From: Myxococcota bacterium
GTDB taxonomy: Bacteria > Myxococcota_A > UBA9160 > UBA4427
DNA length: 64,000 nucleotides
Direction of reading: 5' to 3'
Assembly (NCBI GenBank): GCA_965250285.1
Contig: OZ252299.1
Location: 3,168,001-3,232,000, forward strand
Of this stretch, positions 29,912 to 39,903 are shown piece after piece. Position 1 is the stretch's first letter; the number at the start of each line of letters is the position of its first letter. The notes beneath the pieces are model-generated. The model worked only from the letters and a program-made list of their open reading frames with translations. It was not told the origin of the DNA and searched no databases. Position numbers and translations under genes: made by a program.

Positions 29912-31029
29912 GCCGACATCCTTCGTTCGGCGCCCGCATCGAGCGTGTCGAGCGGTGAAGCGCACATCGGCAGGACCTCTTCGATCAGCAGCCGCTCGCT
30001 TCGCTCCCACTCGGCGCGCTCGGCCGTCGCGTCGTAAGCGACGCTCAGAAGGGTTCCGAAGCCCCCGGTCTTCGACTGCAGCTCCGAGATCGACTCCGCC
30101 ACGGTCTCGGGCGAGCCAACGAGCCAGATGTGGTCGGCGAGATACTCGAGATCGATCGCTTCATCGGGGATCGAGGGCTCGGTCTTCAGCAGTGGCCCGA
30201 GGCCCAGGCCGAGGTAGACCGGCAGGAGAAACTCGCGCCAGCAACGTCCCATCATCCCTTCGATGGCGAGCTCGCGCGCCTCCGCGTCCGTGGGCGCAAC
30301 GTAGACGTCGCGCACGACCCGCCAATCGTTACGGTCGGCGACGCGACCGACCGCAGCAGCCCCCTCTGCCACGGTGTCCCAGTGCTTCGCGGTCTCTTCC
30401 GGATCCGGGCCAATGCTGAGACTGACGGGGATGTACCCGCGCTCCCCGGCAAGTCGGTGGTTCGCCGAGCCTTGCGTCATGCCCGCGATCGCGATCGGAG
30501 GATGGGGCTGCTGCAGCGGGGTGACGTGGTACCCGAGCCCCGCGATATCGCTCTGGACAGCGCCCATCGACCAGAACTCGCCCTCGGTGTCGCCATCGCC
30601 GTGAAGCCAGAGGCGCGTCATGAGGTCGAGCGCCTCGAAGGTCATGCGCCGATTGCGTCCGAACTCATCTCCGAGCGCGAAGAGCTCACGGTCGGAGGGC
30701 AAGGCGCTGATCCCGACCCCGAGCTGGTAGCGGCCCTCGGCCATGTGATCGAGATACGCGACGCGATGTGCGAGCTCGACGGGGTGGTGATACGGGAGCA
30801 GGTGACCGAGCGGGCCGAGCCGAATGCGTTCGGTGCGCTGAAGCGCCTGCGCGATCAGGAGATCGGGCGCCGGGCAGGGCTCCCAGGGCGCGGTGAAATG
30901 CTCGCCGATCCACGCCTCGGTGTACCCGAGGCGATCGAGGCGCTCGAGCTCTTCGAGGTCGGCGAGCTGGCCCTCCCGCATGCTTCGTTCGGGGGGATGA
31001 GACGGCATCAGCAGCGCACCAAGCTTCAT
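29908..31029 (-). CDS. Luciferase-like (LLM) flavin-dependent monooxygenase
   Basis: AWIGEH, WEPCPAPD, HLLPYHHP, PLQQPHPPI, LVGSPETV. Confidence 0.9.
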   Translation of the reverse strand: MKLGALLMPSHPPERSMREGQLADLEELERLDRLGYTEAWIGEHFTAPWEPCPAPDLLIAQALQRTERIRLGPLGHLLPYHHPVELAHRVAYLDHMAEGRYQLGVGISALPSDRELFALGDEFGRNRRMTFEALDLMTRLWLHGDGDTEGEFWSMGAVQSDIAGLGYHVTPLQQPHPPIAIAGMTQGSANHRLAGERGYIPVSLSIGPDPEETAKHWDTVAEGAAAVGRVADRNDWRVVRDVYVAPTDAEARELAIEGMMGRCWREFLLPVYLGLGLGPLLKTEPSIPDEAIDLEYLADHIWLVGSPETVAESISELQSKTGGFGTLLSVAYDATAERAEWERSERLLIEEVLPMCASPLDTLDAGAERRMSA

Positions 31030-31204
31030 TTCGTGCTCCTCGTCGTCACGCCGCTCATGAGATCTCTTCACCCGGATGAATCTCGACGGCGTCCAGATCC
31101 GGGCAACGACCTGCGATCGATGCGACGCATCCAACCCCTCATTGCCTTGGTGGCGAAGTCGCTCGAAAGGAGAGCCGAAGGGTCTTGCGTCTCGATCGGC
31201 GGAC

Positions 31205-31260
31205 ACACTAAGTGCCGCCTACCTGAGTGACCTGCCCGGAAACTGGGGAATTTTGAGGGA
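31205..31260 (-). promoter_or_regulatory. Putative activator box plus -10 for the LLM-ubiX-ubiD operon
   Basis: TCCCTCAAAATTCCCCA upstream of TAGTGT; same layout at 33175-33230 and 40062-40118. Confidence 0.6.
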
Positions 31261-31284
31261 ATGGGTGCGCGCGCAGGACGACGG

Positions 31285-31527
31285 CTATTCGATGACGATG
31301 ACTTCGACGATCGGCAGGTGCAGGTCGTGCAGCGCATTGAGCACCCCGATGAGCTGCGACTGGTCGGCCACTTCGCCCTCGAGGGTGGACACGGGTGGGT
31401 GACCGTCAGACGTGACCCTCGAGATCTTCAAGCCGGCGACGAGGGGCCGCATCGCGGGATCGAACCAGCCATCCACGACGATCCGATAGTGACCCGGGTT
31501 CCACATGCGTTGGCTCGGTCGCTGCAT
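31285..31527 (-). CDS. Small conserved ACT-like protein, copy 1
   Basis: YRIVVDGW...STLEGEVADQSQLIGVLNALHDLHLPIVEV; paralog of 33254-33496. Confidence 0.8.
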   Translation of the reverse strand: MQRPSQRMWNPGHYRIVVDGWFDPAMRPLVAGLKISRVTSDGHPPVSTLEGEVADQSQLIGVLNALHDLHLPIVEVIVIE

Positions 31528-31830
31528 GCCTCGCCCCCGCGCTCGTTGACGCAACACACGTCGAGGTCAGGCGTCGCACCCTGAAAACGGGACGCGCACT
31601 CGTCCCGGCAGTGCACCGCGCACCTGGAGCCGCATCGCCCTACTACGACGACCATTCGAATCTAGTCGCGCACCTGAACGCCGGCCTCTCCTGTAACCGG
31701 ACAATTACTGGGTACCCGGCTCCTGGCCATGCACCGAAGACCTGACAAAACTGATGGGTTCGCGAAATCGATCTCGAGTAGTTCGACATCGGCCGGTGAC
31801 ACGGACTTTTGCTGGAGTACTGTGGTTCTG

Positions 31831-32436
31831 ATGGAGCCCGCCCCCTTCGGTCCTGCAGCAAACGACGAAGCCAACCGACTCAGTCGGCCGGGCGAAGAAT
31901 GGGTCGTTCTGGTCAACGAGCGCGACGAGCAGATCGGCGTGATGGAGAAGCTCGATGCGCATCGCGATGGAGGGAGGCTCCATCGCGCGTTCTCGGTGTT
32001 CGTCTTCGATGAGCGGGGCCGAATGCTCCTGCAACGTCGCGCATCCGTGAAGTATCACTTCCCGCTGCTGTGGACGAACGCGTGCTGCGGGCACCCTCGT
32101 CCGGGCGAAGACGTGAAGGTCGCGGCGCGGCGACGAGTCGGTGAGGAGCTCGGCGTCGACGTCGAGGTCGCCCCTCGCTTCACGTTCGAGTATCAGGCGA
32201 CTGACCCTGCGACGCGTCTATCCGAACACGAGATCGACCACGTCTTCGTGGGTCGGCTGCGCGGGTCGCCAGACCCCAACCCGGACGAGGTCGATGCCTT
32301 GGCCTGGTGGCCGATCGGCGATCTGTTGACCGACGTCGATGTTCGACCGCACGCGTATACGCCATGGTTCCGACGGGCACTCGAGGAGATGCGCACGAGA
32401 GACATCATCGACCCGAGCGCGTTGATCGAGCTCTAG
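31831..32436 (+). CDS. idi: Isopentenyl-diphosphate delta-isomerase type 1
   Basis: LHRAFSVF, WTNACCGHP, EHEIDHVF, PNPDEV, YTPWF; start uncertain. Confidence 0.93.
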   Translation: MEPAPFGPAANDEANRLSRPGEEWVVLVNERDEQIGVMEKLDAHRDGGRLHRAFSVFVFDERGRMLLQRRASVKYHFPLLWTNACCGHPRPGEDVKVAARRRVGEELGVDVEVAPRFTFEYQATDPATRLSEHEIDHVFVGRLRGSPDPNPDEVDALAWWPIGDLLTDVDVRPHAYTPWFRRALEEMRTRDIIDPSALIEL

Positions 32437-33092
32437 GTCTCTGCGTTCGACGCATCGTTGCGCTTCATGGCTTCGTCGTAGCTCGGGCGCGCCGCCACGC
32501 GCCCGCGATAGCTCTGCAGCGCGTCGGAGACCTTCATGTCGTAGCCCAGGGCCCAGTCGAGGCACGTCACGAGCAGGATGTCGGGGACTCCGAACTCGTC
32601 TCCCATGACGAACGATCGCCCGTCGGAGAGCCAGCGCTCTGCCTCGGTGAACCCCCGCTGGACATAGTTCTTTGCCGCATCGCACGCCACGGGCGCCTCA
32701 CCGTAGGTCTCTGACAGCCCAAGCGGCGGCTGGGCGTGCATCCGCACCGTGTACAGCCGCGCGTCGATCTCGGTCATGATGTAGAAGACGTGGTCGTAGA
32801 AGTCGGCGAGCTCGGCCGAACCGTGCTCGGGCATGCGCAGCCCCTGATCTCCGCCGTGCCGATTGGCGAGGTAGCAGCAAATGCCGGCGCTCTCGCCGAT
32901 CTTGACGCGATCGTCCTCGTAGAAGGGGACCTTGTGGCGCGGACTCACGGCCAGCAGGCCGGAGTTTTCGATGCCACCGCCTCGTGGCAGGATCTTCTTG
33001 TGCTCGTAGTCGAGTCCGAGCTCGATGAGTGCCCACTGCGGACGGACCGTCCGCGACGTGCCAATGCCCCAGACCGTTCTCGGCGAGCTCAT
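32433..33092 (-). CDS. Glutathione S-transferase family protein
   Basis: GTSRT, KVP, ESAGICCYL, FGVPDI. Confidence 0.88.
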   Translation of the reverse strand: MSSPRTVWGIGTSRTVRPQWALIELGLDYEHKKILPRGGGIENSGLLAVSPRHKVPFYEDDRVKIGESAGICCYLANRHGGDQGLRMPEHGSAELADFYDHVFYIMTEIDARLYTVRMHAQPPLGLSETYGEAPVACDAAKNYVQRGFTEAERWLSDGRSFVMGDEFGVPDILLVTCLDWALGYDMKVSDALQSYRGRVAARPSYDEAMKRNDASNAET

Positions 33093-33174
33093 GGTGTTCT
33101 CCGTTGTGTGATGTGCGATTGAGTGGCGACTCCGAGTCGCGCGGCGTGTCGCAACCGGACAGGCCCAGTGAACC

Positions 33175-33230
33175 AGCGTAGTTCTCAGCGTCCGAGCAAC
33201 CCTCTCCGGTTGTTGGGGATTTATGTGGGA
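33175..33230 (-). promoter_or_regulatory. Putative activator box plus -10 for GST
   Basis: TCCCACATAAATCCCCA upstream of TACGCT; spacing identical to 31205-31260. Confidence 0.6.
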
Positions 33231-33253
33231 GTCGGCGTGCGGGGGATGGCCAT

Positions 33254-33496
33254 CTACCCGGTCATCGTGACCTCGACGATCGGAAGGTTGAGGTCGTGCA
33301 GAGCGGTCAGCACGCCGATCAGCTGAGCCTGGTCCTCGATCTCGCCCGAGAGGATCGAGGTTGGTGCGTCATCGTCCCTCGTTGCGCTCTGGATCTGCAA
33401 GCCAGCTACACGCGCACTCATCTCGGGGTCGACCCATCCGTCGACCACGGTCCGGAAGTGACCGGGCGTCCACATTCGTCGTCGCCCGCGCTCCAA
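33254..33496 (-). CDS. Small conserved ACT-like protein, copy 2
   Basis: FRTVVDGW...LSGEIEDQAQLIGVLTALHDLNLPIVEV; TTG start after GAGGAG. Confidence 0.8.
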   Translation of the reverse strand: MERGRRRMWTPGHFRTVVDGWVDPEMSARVAGLQIQSATRDDDAPTSILSGEIEDQAQLIGVLTALHDLNLPIVEVTMTG

Positions 33497-33975
33497 GCCC
33501 TCTCCTCACCCAACGTGCATTGGGCGCCTCGAGCCCCGTCGACTCGAGTGACGAGCGGTCACGCTAACCACCGACTCACGCGCCGCCCTCTCCCCAAACC
33601 GGACAATCTCGGTTTACCTGCCCCACGCGGCGCGTGACTGCATCGCGCGTTCTCGATCTTCTGACGCGCGTTCGCGGGGCGTGGCTCCCGAAGCCGGATC
33701 TGGACAGAACGGATCGCCGTGCGCGGGGGCGACACGGGCCATTCCCTGCCTCGATGGGCGCCCGGGCGACTCTGCGAGACGGCAAGACGCGCTCCTTCAT
33801 CTGATTCTGATTGTCGCCTCGGACTCGCGATCTAGAATGTGTCGCCCGCGGGCGCGGGTCGACGGACGCCCTCGAGCTGGGTGTCTCGCCCTAGCGGGAT
33901 GGGGCGAGACGGCCTCACAGGTGCGAGCCCACTCGACTCGCAGAGTGCGGTCCGCGATCGCCGAGAAGGAACGCA

Positions 33976-36684
33976 TTGAATCCGGATGTTCTGAAATCCA
34001 AGCTCAACCGTCCGTATGTCGGTCGCGAGCACACGGTCCGGGAGCGGCTCTGGCATCAGCTCGACGGCGCCGCGACCGCCCCGTTCGTGCTCGTGTCGGC
34101 CCCCGCCGGGTTCGGCAAGACGACCCTGGTCAGCAGCTGGCTCGACACGCGCGGAGAACGCTTCGCCTGGCTCTCGGTCGATGCGGGTGATGACGACCTC
34201 CGGACTTTCCTCCGCTATCTGCTTGCCGCGGTGCGCACCGTCGCGCCCGATACAGCCCGGCGAACCGGCGTGTTGTTGCAGGAGCCTGCCCTCCCCCCGG
34301 TGGCCGAGCTGAGCGCAGCGCTCAGCAACGACCTCGACGAGCTGGAGATGCCATTCCACCTGGCGCTCGACGACTACCATCACATCAAGGCGAGCGAGGT
34401 GCACGAGCTCGTCTCGTCGCTCGTCATGCGCCCCCCTCGAACACTGCGGCTGATACTCCTCGCGCGCCATGACCCTCCCCTGCCGCTGGAGACGCTCCGA
34501 GCTCAGAACAGAATCGCGGAAGTCCGTGCCCAACAGCTTCGGTTCACGCGAGAAGAAGCTGCGGACATGGTCGCCACACTGTCGGGGACAGTCCCCGGAG
34601 ATCGAGCCCTCGACAACCTCGAGGTGCAGAACGACGGCTGGGCCGTTGGGCTGCAACTGATCTCGCTGGCGGCTCGGGAGCGAAAGGATGTCGATGCGTA
34701 CCTGCGTGATCTGCAGGTGGGGCCACGTACGACCCGGGACTATCTGGCTCGTGAGGTGCTCGACGCTCAGCCGCCGCAGTTGCAGGCGTGGCTCCTCAGG
34801 ATCTCGATTCTGGACCGCTTCTGCGCCCCGTTGTGCGAGACCCTCAAGCCCACAGCCGACGGAGAGCCAGACGATGGATCGGACTTCCTCGCGCTCTCGG
34901 GAGCGGACTTCGTCGCTGAGTTGGAGCATCGCGGCCTCTTCGTGATCGCACTCGACGACCAGAACGAGTGGTTTCGGTTTCACCACGTGTTCCGCGATCT
35001 ACTCAGCAGCGAGCTGAACGGACGAGAATCTCCGGGCGGTGTTCTAGACCTCCACAGCAGCGCCAGCGCGTGGTTCGCCGAGCACGACTTCGTCGAAGAG
35101 GCATTGGATCACGCGTGTACGGCAGGCGACATGGATTCGGCGACTTCGATCGTCGCCGAACGTCGTCACGTAGCGACGGGCCTCGAAGACTGGCACCGCC
35201 TGAACGCATGGCTCGAGCGACTCCCGCCCGCGGACCTCGAAGCCGATCCGAGACTCGTTCTGGCCCGAGCCTGGTTCGCGTCGTTTTGCGCTCAGTTCGA
35301 TCTCATGATCGAGTACATGGTCAAGGCAAGCGGCTTCGAGCTCGACAGCCGCCCGGACGGTCCGAGCCTCGAAGGAGAGATTCGGGCGCTGGAGGCCTCG
35401 ATGTACTTCATCGGCCTCGATGCGCCAGGCGTCATTCGCAGCGCAGAGCGGGCGCTCGAGCTACTGCCCCTCGACTTCGAATGCGTGCGGGGCTACGCCA
35501 TATTCCTGCTCTCCTGGGGCTACAGTGCGAGCGGACGCGGTCGCGAGGCGCGTGAAGCCCTCTGGCGTGAGATGGATGCGGGACGGAATGCGGGGCCCGC
35601 GTTCCGCGGGCGCGTTCGCGGCGGCCTGGCCCACGTGTTGCTGCGAGAGGGAGATCTCGCCGGCAGCCTGACCGCCGCCCGCCAGCTGTTCGAGATTGGC
35701 GAGGAGCATGACCTCCTCGAGACCGTCATCATGGCGCGGTCTTTCATGGCGTGGGCACACTACCTCCGCGACGAGCTCGAAGAAGCGGAGGCGCACTTCA
35801 AAGCGATCCTCCTGACCAGACGCTCGGCCATTCATATCGGCCACGTGGAGGGACACATCGGGCTGGCGCTATGCATGCAAGCTCGAGGGCACTACGAGAA
35901 GGCTCGACAGTGGGCCCAGGAGATGACCGCCCTGGGCATCGCGCGGGATCAGCCCATGTGGATCGAAGAAGGACGCATCTACGAAGCAGAGATCGCGCTG
36001 CGTCAGGGCGGGGTCGACGAAGCGAAGACCCTGGTCGAGCACCACCAGGCACTTCAGCCGCGTTGGGGATTCATGTACGAGCCCCAGCTCACTCGCCCGC
36101 GACTGTGGCTCGCCGAGGGCACACCTGCGTCTCTCGAACGGGCGAAGGCGGAGCTCGCGCCGATCCGCGAACGCTTCGAGGCATCGAACGATCGGATGCG
36201 CCTGGCCGAAGTGCTGGCCGTGGAGGCCCTGGTCGAGGATGCGCTCGGCCATGCGGAGATCGCGCGCGATCGCCTGTCGATGGCGCTTCCGCTCACGCGG
36301 CAGGGGGGAGCCATACGGCCCTACCTCGACCGCGGGCCTTCGATGGCATCGTTGCTGCGAAAGGTCGAGCTGCCACCCGAAGAGTCGGAGCAGGTCGACC
36401 GGATTCTCCAGGCTCTGGGAAGCACGACGGCGACCGAACGATCGACTTTGCAAACGGAGCGCCCGAGCGGCGAAGAGCTCGTGGAGCCTTTGACCAACCG
36501 CGAGCTCGATGTTCTCGAGCTACTCGACGAGCGCTTCCGAGACAAGGAGATCGCGGAGAGGCTGTCGATCGCACCGGGGACCGTGCGATCCCACCTCAAG
36601 TCGGCCTACCGCAAGCTGGACGTGAACGGTCGGCGGAGCGCCGTCGAGCGAGCGCGCGAGCTGGGGATCTTGAAGAAGAACTGA
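33976..36684 (+). CDS. MalT-like (STAND ATPase-TPR-LuxR HTH) regulator, copy 2
   Basis: APAGFGKTT, ALDDYH, FRFHHVF, EPLTNRELDVL; collinear with 19801-22497. Confidence 0.93.
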   Translation: MNPDVLKSKLNRPYVGREHTVRERLWHQLDGAATAPFVLVSAPAGFGKTTLVSSWLDTRGERFAWLSVDAGDDDLRTFLRYLLAAVRTVAPDTARRTGVLLQEPALPPVAELSAALSNDLDELEMPFHLALDDYHHIKASEVHELVSSLVMRPPRTLRLILLARHDPPLPLETLRAQNRIAEVRAQQLRFTREEAADMVATLSGTVPGDRALDNLEVQNDGWAVGLQLISLAARERKDVDAYLRDLQVGPRTTRDYLAREVLDAQPPQLQAWLLRISILDRFCAPLCETLKPTADGEPDDGSDFLALSGADFVAELEHRGLFVIALDDQNEWFRFHHVFRDLLSSELNGRESPGGVLDLHSSASAWFAEHDFVEEALDHACTAGDMDSATSIVAERRHVATGLEDWHRLNAWLERLPPADLEADPRLVLARAWFASFCAQFDLMIEYMVKASGFELDSRPDGPSLEGEIRALEASMYFIGLDAPGVIRSAERALELLPLDFECVRGYAIFLLSWGYSASGRGREAREALWREMDAGRNAGPAFRGRVRGGLAHVLLREGDLAGSLTAARQLFEIGEEHDLLETVIMARSFMAWAHYLRDELEEAEAHFKAILLTRRSAIHIGHVEGHIGLALCMQARGHYEKARQWAQEMTALGIARDQPMWIEEGRIYEAEIALRQGGVDEAKTLVEHHQALQPRWGFMYEPQLTRPRLWLAEGTPASLERAKAELAPIRERFEASNDRMRLAEVLAVEALVEDALGHAEIARDRLSMALPLTRQGGAIRPYLDRGPSMASLLRKVELPPEESEQVDRILQALGSTTATERSTLQTERPSGEELVEPLTNRELDVLELLDERFRDKEIAERLSIAPGTVRSHLKSAYRKLDVNGRRSAVERARELGILKKN

Positions 36685-36797
36685 GCGCACCGGCGGGGGC
36701 GGCAAGCGCCGCAGCTGACGGTCATCGCGATCGCCTGCGAGGCGCAGCCCGACCTCGACGTCCCGTGGCTCGGCGGGGAGGCCACATCGGCAAGCGT

Positions 36798-37676
36798 GTG
36801 CTGAGACGGGCTGAAAGGCACTTTGTCCTTCATCGTCGCGATGGAGTTCGTGATGGCGACCGTGAGCAGCGCGCCCACGTCCGGGCCCGACGGATCGTCC
36901 CGACGAGAGCGGGGGCGCAAGGCCTCGCCTACCTCTGGGCACTGCTCGGGTGCCTCTCGGGTGCATGCGCGCTCGAGCCTCCGGGTGAACCCACGCTCGG
37001 CCTGTTCGGCAACGCCGACCCCCGCGTCTTCTACGGGCGCGAGATCGCCGAGCCTCTGATCGCGCTCACGATCGACGACGCGCCCGATCGCGAGTCGACG
37101 CCGCGCATCCTCGACGCGCTCCGCGCGCACGATGCCCGCGCGACCTTCTTCGTCATCGGTGATCAGGTACCCGGCAACGAGATGCTCCTTCGACGGATCG
37201 TCCGGGACGGGCACGAGATCGGCAATCACATGGCGAGCGACGTCAAGAGCGTCGATCTCGACCCGAGCGAGTTCGAACGGCGGCTGGTGCACACGCAAAG
37301 AGAGCTCTCACGCTTCGCGCCGGTGCGCTGGTTTCGCCCCGGCTCCGGCTACTACAGCACCGAGATGCTCGACATCCTCGACCGCCACGATCTGCAGTGC
37401 GCCCTCGGCAAGGTGTACCCGCTCGACGCACAGCTACGTTGGGGCTGGCTCGTCAGATCCTGGATCGGCTGGCGCAAGAGGCCAGGCGCCGTCGTCATTC
37501 TGCATGATCGAGGTTCCCGGGGCCTACGCACGGCGGCCACCTTGGAGCGTGTGCTGCCCCGTCTTCGGGAGGCCGGCTATCGCGCCGTCACACTCAGCGA
37601 ACTGGCCGACTGGTCCGGAGCTGAGCCCCCCGCTTGGGACGCCGGCGTCGCCCCCCACCCAACGCACGGCGGCTAG
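36798..37676 (+). CDS. Polysaccharide deacetylase (NodB) family protein; start uncertain
   Basis: LTIDDAP, ATFFVIG, HEIGNH, WFRPG, VILHD; in-frame GTG at 36798, or ATG at 36853 with a frameshift. Confidence 0.8.
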   Translation: MLRRAERHFVLHRRDGVRDGDREQRAHVRARRIVPTRAGAQGLAYLWALLGCLSGACALEPPGEPTLGLFGNADPRVFYGREIAEPLIALTIDDAPDRESTPRILDALRAHDARATFFVIGDQVPGNEMLLRRIVRDGHEIGNHMASDVKSVDLDPSEFERRLVHTQRELSRFAPVRWFRPGSGYYSTEMLDILDRHDLQCALGKVYPLDAQLRWGWLVRSWIGWRKRPGAVVILHDRGSRGLRTAATLERVLPRLREAGYRAVTLSELADWSGAEPPAWDAGVAPHPTHGG

Positions 37677-37682
37677 ACGGGC

Positions 37683-39053
37683 TCAGTTCATCGTCGACGA
37701 TGACTCTTCCTCGCGGAGCTCCCGCCTGCGTCGATCCCAGGCTTCGCTCGACTCTCTCAGCATCTCCCGACGAAGCCCCTCGATCTCGCGAAATCTCTCG
37801 GCGGCATCGATGGTGCGATTTCGGGCATTCTCGATGTACTCGTAGTAGATGCCTCGATCTTCGAGAAAGCGTTTGCTCCGGACGGCGTCCGTCCAGCTCT
37901 TGGCTTCCTCGCGACCCTCGAGGATCTCGTCGTATCTCGTCACGAAGTAGCGGAGATTGGCGTCGATCCGGAGGTAACGACCATCGGCGAGCAGCTTCTG
38001 AGCATGCTTCCGCGTGCCATTGCTGAACCAGCCACCGAGCACGAACATGCGCTGCTTCGTGTCGTAGAGCGAGTTGATCTGAAGAACCGGGAGCGTGACG
38101 AGCAGCGCGCCAGGCACGGCAGGCAGCCACTGATGCTCGGTCAGGCCCTTCCAGCGTAGGTCGTCTCGCTGGATCTTCGGAAAGTCCTCGATCGGGTACT
38201 CGTTCGACAGCATCGCGAGATCGATGACGGTGTTGGCGGGCACGGCCAGATTGAAGAACTGACGGAGCTTCGTCGCGCGCACCGACTTCGGCTTCCACAC
38301 CCCCGCTGCGGCGAGCGCGTTGTGTAGCGTGTGGACGCAGTTGTCCGAGAGCCCGTTCCAGTCGTAGTCGGCCTCGCCGTTGTAATATTCTTCGTTGAGG
38401 CCGTTCAGGTAGTCCATCGCCGCAACGAGCATCTCCTCGCGGAGCGGCAGTCGCGCGCAGTAGGCTGTCCGCCCGAATCGAACCGCGAAATCGGTTCCAA
38501 TGCCGTCGGTGCGCACGAACTCTTCGAGCGAGGGCGCTTCGGAGGCATCACGGATCGGGCGCAGCTCGATGCCGTCATAGAGCCCGAGATCGACCGCGCG
38601 CTGCACCGCCTGATCGAAGCGCTCCTGGTCGAGCATCTCGAACGTCTCGACACCGCCATTGAAGAAGAGGAAGCGAGTCGGGGTCGCCACCCAGTTGGCG
38701 TTCTTGAACCAGCGATTCACGCTCACGCCCGCGCCGTGCTCCGGATCTCGTGTGTCGCCGGTTGCGTACCTGCAGCGACGAAGCCTCGGGTAGTCGGCTG
38801 TCTCATCGACGCAGGCGCCCTTGATGTACATGGCCGCGTGCCCGGGCGATCCGCCCATGACTCCGTCCCTCGGCCGGTATTGCGTGACGGCACACAGCTC
38901 GACGTAGTGGTCGACGATCTCCTCGTAGATCGCGTCGGGCTCACTGAGCGGCGCGATCGCCTCCCGCGGACCGCGGAAGAGTTCCCCCACCGCGCAGCCG
39001 AGCGACTGAGAGACGAGACAGACAGCGACGAGCAGAAGGATGCGAGCTTGCAT
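37683..39053 (-). CDS. Putative lipoprotein with permuted papain-like (DUF4105/Lnb-like) His...Cys motifs
   Basis: SLGC lipobox; SPGHAAMY; YDWNGLSDNCVH. Confidence 0.55.
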   Translation of the reverse strand: MQARILLLVAVCLVSQSLGCAVGELFRGPREAIAPLSEPDAIYEEIVDHYVELCAVTQYRPRDGVMGGSPGHAAMYIKGACVDETADYPRLRRCRYATGDTRDPEHGAGVSVNRWFKNANWVATPTRFLFFNGGVETFEMLDQERFDQAVQRAVDLGLYDGIELRPIRDASEAPSLEEFVRTDGIGTDFAVRFGRTAYCARLPLREEMLVAAMDYLNGLNEEYYNGEADYDWNGLSDNCVHTLHNALAAAGVWKPKSVRATKLRQFFNLAVPANTVIDLAMLSNEYPIEDFPKIQRDDLRWKGLTEHQWLPAVPGALLVTLPVLQINSLYDTKQRMFVLGGWFSNGTRKHAQKLLADGRYLRIDANLRYFVTRYDEILEGREEAKSWTDAVRSKRFLEDRGIYYEYIENARNRTIDAAERFREIEGLRREMLRESSEAWDRRRRELREEESSSTMN

Positions 39054-39295
39054 CGGCAGAATGGTCTCCGGTTTCGAAATGTTCTCGAGGCTGACCGTAG
39101 AGGTCGACCCATACCGCGCCTTCCCGAGTGCGCGTCGTAGTCGGGGTTGCCGCATGAGAGGACGGTTGCGACACGGCCTCATGCTCGACTGAAGATCCTG
39201 ATGACTCGGCGCTCGTCGCTGCCTCACGTCACGTGCGGGCGGCGTGAGATCGAGCGTCGACCATCACGCAAGCAGCGGATGATCGGACGCCCAGC

Positions 39296-39903
39296 TCAGT
39301 TTCTCCGATCGAGGTAACCAGCGGGGAGCTCACTCGGAGCACAGTTGATGACTTCGTCGTTGTCGCGTCCTCGATCCTCCATGAAGGTGATCTCGGCGTA
39401 GTCCCAGTTCACGAACATGGGGAGCACGGGACCCTTGTCGCGGTGTTCCCGCATCGCGGGAAGGTGCTCGTTCTGGTGGACGGTCGTGACCTCCGGATTC
39501 TTGGTGATCCATTGCGCCATCGTGAAGAACCCGTGAATGAACCGCTTTGCGAAGTTGAAGTTGAGCACGCAGATGGATCCGGTCGGTTCGCACCACGCAA
39601 CCTTGTAGTTGCCGTCCCCCAGATTGGTCGTCAGCAGTCGCTGGTGCGTCGTCCATCGCTCCGCAACCAGCCCGCTCGAGATGCGGTAGTCGCCGAGCTT
39701 CTCGTTCCGGAAGTAGAACTCGTAGTGCCATCCGTTCGCGCATGTGTAGATGATGTGTTCCCCACGATCTCGCTCAGATCATTCGCTTCGGGCGGCTCGG
39801 TCTTGACCGGCTGCTGGGGATCCGTGTTGTCCTGCCAGTCGCAAACGGGGTTGTCGGTGGGCTGCCAGCTCGAGTAGTCCGTGACGATCACCTTGTCGGC
39901 CAT
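39296..39903 (-). pseudogene. Cofactor-free phenolic acid decarboxylase (PadA/PadC family), one base missing near 39760
   Basis: Shifted frame reads HIIYTCANGWHYEFY...DYRISSGLVAERW...YKVAWCEPTG...HQNEH...AEITFMED.G.DNDEVI; locus length 608 = 3n+2. Confidence 0.85.

Noticed and set aside
31655..31674. TTCGAATCTAGTCGCGCACC resembling an inverted tRNA 3' end
   Set aside because: Only 9 contiguous matches, opposite orientation, no unit flanks; could be chance
39755..39765. Programmed -1 frameshift in pad
   Set aside because: GGGGAAC is only a marginal slippery site and no stimulatory structure was established; an indel is simpler
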